A stretch of 64,000 bases of DNA, taken from assembly GCA_946965045.2 (NCBI GenBank), contig OX337240.1:3162650-3226649 (forward strand), written 5' to 3'. Shown here piece after piece: positions 59,138-64,000 of the stretch. The DNA is from Epithemia pelagica. Its lineage: Eukaryota > Protista > Bacillariophyta. Position 1 is the first letter of the stretch, and each line of letters begins with the position of its first letter. The notes under the pieces are model-generated. The model was not told where the DNA came from and searched no databases. It saw only the letters and a list, made by a program, of their open reading frames with translations. The position numbers and the translations under genes are program-made.

Positions 59138-59539
59138 GACCGGAAAAAGGTCGATTTCAAATCACTGTATTGCTGCGTGCTATATTTAGTGCGACCGGAA
59201 AAAGGTCGATTTCGACCGGAAAAAGGTCGATTTCAGAACCTACATTAACTCTCCATAGTAAACCATATTCCTTCTTGTCGCTCAAAGATTTTGAGGTGAA
59301 TGATCTCTGGTGTTAGGGCCTTTTCAGTTTTTGAGGTGAATGACCCTCTTTAGGGCCTCTTTTTTGGCTGCAAAGGGTCATACGTTTCAGAACCTACATT
59401 AACTCTCCATAGTAAACCATATTCCTTCTTGTCGCTCAAAGATTTTGAGGTGAATGATCTCTGGTGTTAGGGCCTTTTCAGTTTTTGAGGTGAATGACCC
59501 TCTTTAGGGCCTCTTTTTTGGCTGCAAAGGGTCATACGT
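59138..59539. repeat. Leader repeats: 3x CGACCGGAAAAAGGTCGATTTC and a 154-bp tandem duplication
   Basis: Seen directly; the duplicated units start at 59231 and 59385. Confidence 0.85.
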
Positions 59540-59578
59540 CCCAAACCTATTTTGACCATAGGAACGACAACAGCCACC

Positions 59579-62500
59579 ATGGAGTTTGACGATTACTTGG
59601 GGCTTGTGGACTTTGCCACACCCTGTGGCTTGGTCTGTAAACTCTGTGGTGTTGGTTTCCGAGCAAACATGAAGTGCCTTGCTCGTCACGCCAAGACTTG
59701 CTCTGAGGTTCATGCAGTGTCATTTCGGTTCCCTGGAAGACATCTTGGAAAAAAGATACACGACTTGGTGGAGAATGCCAACAACCAACCGTTTGATTGT
59801 TTCATACACGAGTCCAAGGAAACAGATATCAAGTATTTCTGTGGTCACTGTGACAAGATGTTTCACAAGAAGCTTTTGTGCGAGAAGCACACTGCTGGTT
59901 GTTGCAACAATGCTGAAGTGATTCCGAAGACCTTCCACAAGCTGAAGTGTGGATGCTTCATGCCAAGGCCCCAAAGAGAAACCATGCAGCAAAAAACCAA
60001 CTGGACCCCAATAATTCAAGTTGAGAATTCAACATTTACCATGCCGTTGCCCTGCAGCAGGTTACCCAACGAGTTTGCAAGTTCGATTGAACCATTATTG
60101 CATCCAAGCGACACTTTGGGAAGGTGGCCCGATGTACTGAGTAATATGATTCCTGGCACGTTGGAGAATGCCCTTGGAGACATTGAACAAGGAATTATGT
60201 TTGAAGCCGAGTATCATAAGAGAGGAAATAACACTGCAATCAACCGACTCTATCAGGTTGGTTGTTACCTTCTGGACAGAGTGGCTTCGATCGTAATGGG
60301 GATTCCAGCAGACATTCGGAGTCGGATTGCTAAGTTTGATTTCCATGATGGTGATGTGGATCACTCATGGAATTTCAGCCATCGACATGATTATGACAAA
60401 CGAGTGAAACCTCTACTCCTCTCTCTCTTGTGTTTCCTGCATCAGAGGCAGTGGAAGAGATGGAACTATTTTTGCCGCCAGGTTGAAGGTGATGGATTCT
60501 CTGTGGACACTGCATTCCAAAATTGTGTTCTTGGGTCACTCCTGACAGAGTTGGTACTCGACAGTGAGATTTCTTGTTGGTCCGACTCAGGGGTAGTGTT
60601 ACTGTTCTCTCGGCAGAGGTTGTTCACTAAGACGAAGAATGGCTTGAGGTTGAAATCATGTGGAGTTGCCGCTCAAGAACTCGGTGAGTCCCCCTTTCCC
60701 CCTGTCAATGAATATACTTGGTTGTTCAAATCTCATGTCTTCTTTCATCTCTTTCTAGCTGACCTTTTACATCTGCTTCGCTGTGGGGTTGCGGCTGGCT
60801 TAAAATACTACGATGGGCAGGGCAAGTTGGTCGAGCAGGTCATGGAACGGTACAGACATTGTCCTACAATACACTTTCTCTGTCCTAAGATTTATTCTTT
60901 GAGGAAGCAATATCAAGAGAAGCCTCCTAAAAGGGAGGTTGTGGTCGATGAGTTCTTCAATATCATTGTTGATGGACATGCATTCCAAAAAGCACATTGG
61001 TCTAAGGTCGTTCCTACGGTTGTGGAAAAGGCCCACGGTATTTTTGATGCATGCTTTGTCGGAAAGGCATACGAGAAATTCCTCTGCTTAGATGGTGACT
61101 TGACTATTGTGGAGTGGTCCAAGGGTTTGGGATCGCTGCCAGATGGTACCAACACACAAGATTTGGAATGCAAGGAACTGGTGAAAAGTCAGTTCGAACG
61201 ACTAACTGCCTTGATGGAATTTGCCATCCATGGTTTTGGCTGTGGTGCAGATCGGTTCTCAGAGGTCCATTGTCTCGATGTGACTCAGCTTCGGTGGAAA
61301 AATACAAACTACCAAGATTTATATGTTTCTGCACCGAGTCGTAAACAACCCAAACTGCAAGCTGATGATCGACCCCCTGTTGAACACAAGATGCCTCGGA
61401 TCATAGCAAGGTGTCTATTTCTCTACAGAGTTGTGGTGCTGAAAGTTTGGAATGGGCCCAATGCAAGGAGATTTTTTCCACAATATGGTAATGACCGGAG
61501 GTTTTTCTTTGAGGATGTTGCCCAAGAGATTTTCAGCTTGGATAGTCGTCCTGGTTCAGTGGTTGTTCGACAGTTCTGGACTTCTCTTGTGAACTTGCTC
61601 TTTCCAGACAGCAACAGTCAGGCATTGGTCTCTTCAACAGCATTGAGTGAGTTGAGTAAGCACTCCCAACAGACTGCAATGTCCAACTACCAGACACGCG
61701 TGAGCAACAGTCATGAGATCTACTATGCCCGATTTCATCGTTACATCGGTACCAAATGTATGATCGTGGACTCGGTATGCCATCAGCTGACAATAACAAG
61801 CCGTCAGCATCGGTTAGAAGCATTACGATTGTTGTTGGGTGATGAAGAAGCAACATTCCGAGGCAATCAAGAAACAGCAATTGATATGTGCACCAATTCA
61901 CCGGGAAGACATAAACTTATGCTTCAACCTTGTGGATCGGGCAAAACCATGAACATCTTGGTGCGTTGTGTGGTGGAATCCATTCGAGGACTGAAGACTT
62001 CGACCAACATGTTTCTTGTGCCCTACAACTTCTTGGCTAGCTATCAAATGGTCAAAGTCAAAGCCTTCTTGGAAAAGGCATCACAAACTTTGGGTTTGCA
62101 TGATGGTTTATGTGTCGAGATGTTGGCAAAGAACGATCTATGTCATGAGAATTGGCCCAACTGGTTTGCACGGGATGACTTGCCCGAAGTCATAGTGATG
62201 ACAATCGATGGATTTGCGACCTTCTTCAAAGACCATCTAACAAAACTTTCTGGATGGTGCTCCAATGGAAAGTTGAATGGGATTTTTGTCGATGAGGCAC
62301 AAACCATCGTTACAGAGGTCGACTTCCGTCCATGCTATTCTTGTCTACGGGAAATATCTGCACTTGGAGTCGCCGTAACACTGATGTCTGGAAGTATTTC
62401 GATGAGTTTTGGTCAGAAATTGATGGACTTCCTCGATTTGAGTGGTTCTGCATATCACGGATTGTCGGATTATCTCTCGGGAGAGAACCCAGTTGGTGAT

Positions 62501-63461
62501 GGATTCGACTTACATGTGAGATATGTACAAAAATCTGTTGGGGCAGATGTCGTTGACATTGTGACTGAGAAGACCATGCGACATGTCCACGTGATTTGTG
62601 CAAGCAAGGATATGGTTTTGGAGGTTTATGAAGCACTGTGCTTATCTCATCCTGGCTTGAATGTTGAGAAGTTAACTTCGGAGAGTGAACAACAGGTTAG
62701 AGATGGCGTGGCATCTTCCTGGGCAGACGGTACTACAAATATTCTTGTGGGAACGACCTGTACCTTGGTCGGTAATGAGAATCAAAGATGCAGAACAATC
62801 ATGATCATTGGCATGTTGTATGATTGCTCAAATGTTGTACAGTCCATGGGAAGACTAAGGCCGTCACAACGTGGAAATAATTCTTCTGTCCATATTCTAA
62901 TCCCGTTTCAAGACTTCAACAATGATGGGGCAATCCGGGTAAAGACTAAGAGACGTTTGGACTATCTGAGAGAAATTGGTTTGCTCACGAATGAGGAAAG
63001 CCTTGACTGTGTTACTGACTGCTTCACAATGCATGGATTGAAGATGTGGTTGACTAAAGAGGGATGTATGAAGACAAACCTCTGTCGTTGTTTCGAATAT
63101 CATACAGAACACCAGTGTGGGCGGTGCACCAACTGCTGGAAAGGAATTCTGTGGATATATGATGGAAATTCAACCAGTGACAATGACGGCAAACGAAAAA
63201 GACATGCCAAAGATATTGAGCAAGGTGGCCAAAATGTGATACGAAGAACACTCTTGGAACCAAGTACAATGTCTAAAAAAGCTATTCCATGTGCTACTGG
63301 TGCTATACAGCCACTTGCTAAAAAAGGTCGGGTTCCAAATCCATATGCAACACAACGAAACAAGTTCAATGAAGTGCAAGAACATGGCCTTGTACGACGA
63401 GAGAATCAAGTAAGGGAGAACGTCTGGAAGGAAAAGGCAAACGAAAACCTTCGACAATTGC
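59579..63461 (+). CDS. Zinc finger + tyrosine recombinase + RecQ-like helicase fusion (~1290 codons, no stop codon)
   Basis: Hand translation is open from ATG 59579 to the telomere: CKLC...RH and CGHC...KH zinc fingers; GCGADRFSE, VVRQFWTS and LSKHSQQTAMSNY (YR-like); FRGNQETAI, QPCGSGKT, FVDEAQ, LMSGS, ILVGTT, QSMGRLRP and CGRCTNC. Probable in-frame 75-nt intron at 60684-60758. Confidence 0.85.
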
Positions 63462-64000
63462 TTAGGGTTAGGGTTAGGGTTAGGGTTAGGGTTAGGGTTA
63501 GGGTTAGGGTTAGGGTTAGGGTTAGGGTTAGGGTTAGGGTTAGGGTTAGGGTTAGGGTTAGGGTTAGGGTTAGGGTTAGGGTTAGGGTTAGGGTTAGGGT
63601 TAGGGTTAGGGTTAGGGTTAGGGTTAGGGTTAGGGTTAGGGTTAGGGTTAGGGTTAGGGTTAGGGTTAGGGTTAGGGTTAGGGTTAGGGTTAGGGTTAGG
63701 GTTAGGGTTAGGGTTAGGGTTAGGGTTAGGGTTAGGGTTAGGGTTAGGGTTAGGGTTAGGGTTAGGGTTAGGGTTAGGGTTAGGGTTAGGGTTAGGGTTA
63801 GGGTTAGGGTTAGGGTTAGGGTTAGGGTTAGGGTTAGGGTTAGGGTTAGGGTTAGGGTTAGGGTTAGGGTTAGGGTTAGGGTTAGGGTTAGGGTTAGGGT
63901 TAGGGTTAGGGTTAGGGTTAGGGTTAGGGTTAGGGTTAGGGTTAGGGTTAGGGTTAGGGTTAGGGTTAGGGTTAGGGTTAGGGTTAGGGTTAGGGTTAGG
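63462..64000 (+). repeat. Telomere (TTAGGG)n, ~90 perfect repeats
   Basis: Uninterrupted TTAGGG to the end of the window. Confidence 0.99.

Larger units (their letters stand above)
59067..63461 (+). mobile_element. Terminal YR-RecQ helicase element, capped directly by the telomere
   Basis: Begins CCCTAA at 59067, where the copia unit (GATGACCCTA|GCC at 54450) switches to GATGACCCTA|ATAG. Leader with short repeats, then a single long ORF. Confidence 0.8.

Noticed and set aside
63462-64000. Variant or interstitial telomere repeats marking the addition history
   Set aside because: The array reads as perfect TTAGGG throughout.

Overview
This window is the right-hand end of a eukaryotic chromosome, probably from a diatom or other stramenopile (CoDi-like Ty1/copia remnants, short GT-AG introns, TTAGGG telomere). 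It ends in about 90 TTAGGG repeats (63462-64000). Apart from one subtilase-like gene and a few orphans, it is almost all mobile DNA. (1) A 9.7-kb IS630/Tc1/mariner-like transposon (4910-14612) with 40-bp TIRs carries a SET-domain/2OG-Fe(II) oxygenase fusion. (2) A 23.2-kb CMC/Plavaka-like transposon (31124-54316) has an empty-site control in the same window and carries a TET/JBP-like dioxygenase, a RING protein and two satellite arrays. (3) A tandem 4.6-kb degenerate copia unit is present. (4) The most striking system is a family of elements encoding a zinc finger + tyrosine recombinase + RecQ-like helicase protein. Both element ends appear to begin with one telomere repeat (CCCTAAGGA...TCCTTAGGG). 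About a dozen truncated copies are stacked at 16.6-26.9 kb, mostly joined at CCC(TA) microhomologies. A nearly complete copy forms the chromosome tip; its ~1290-codon ORF (absent from the supplied ORF track) has no stop codon and reads in frame into the telomere as (Arg-Val)n. All family assignments come from motifs read by eye, not from database searches.
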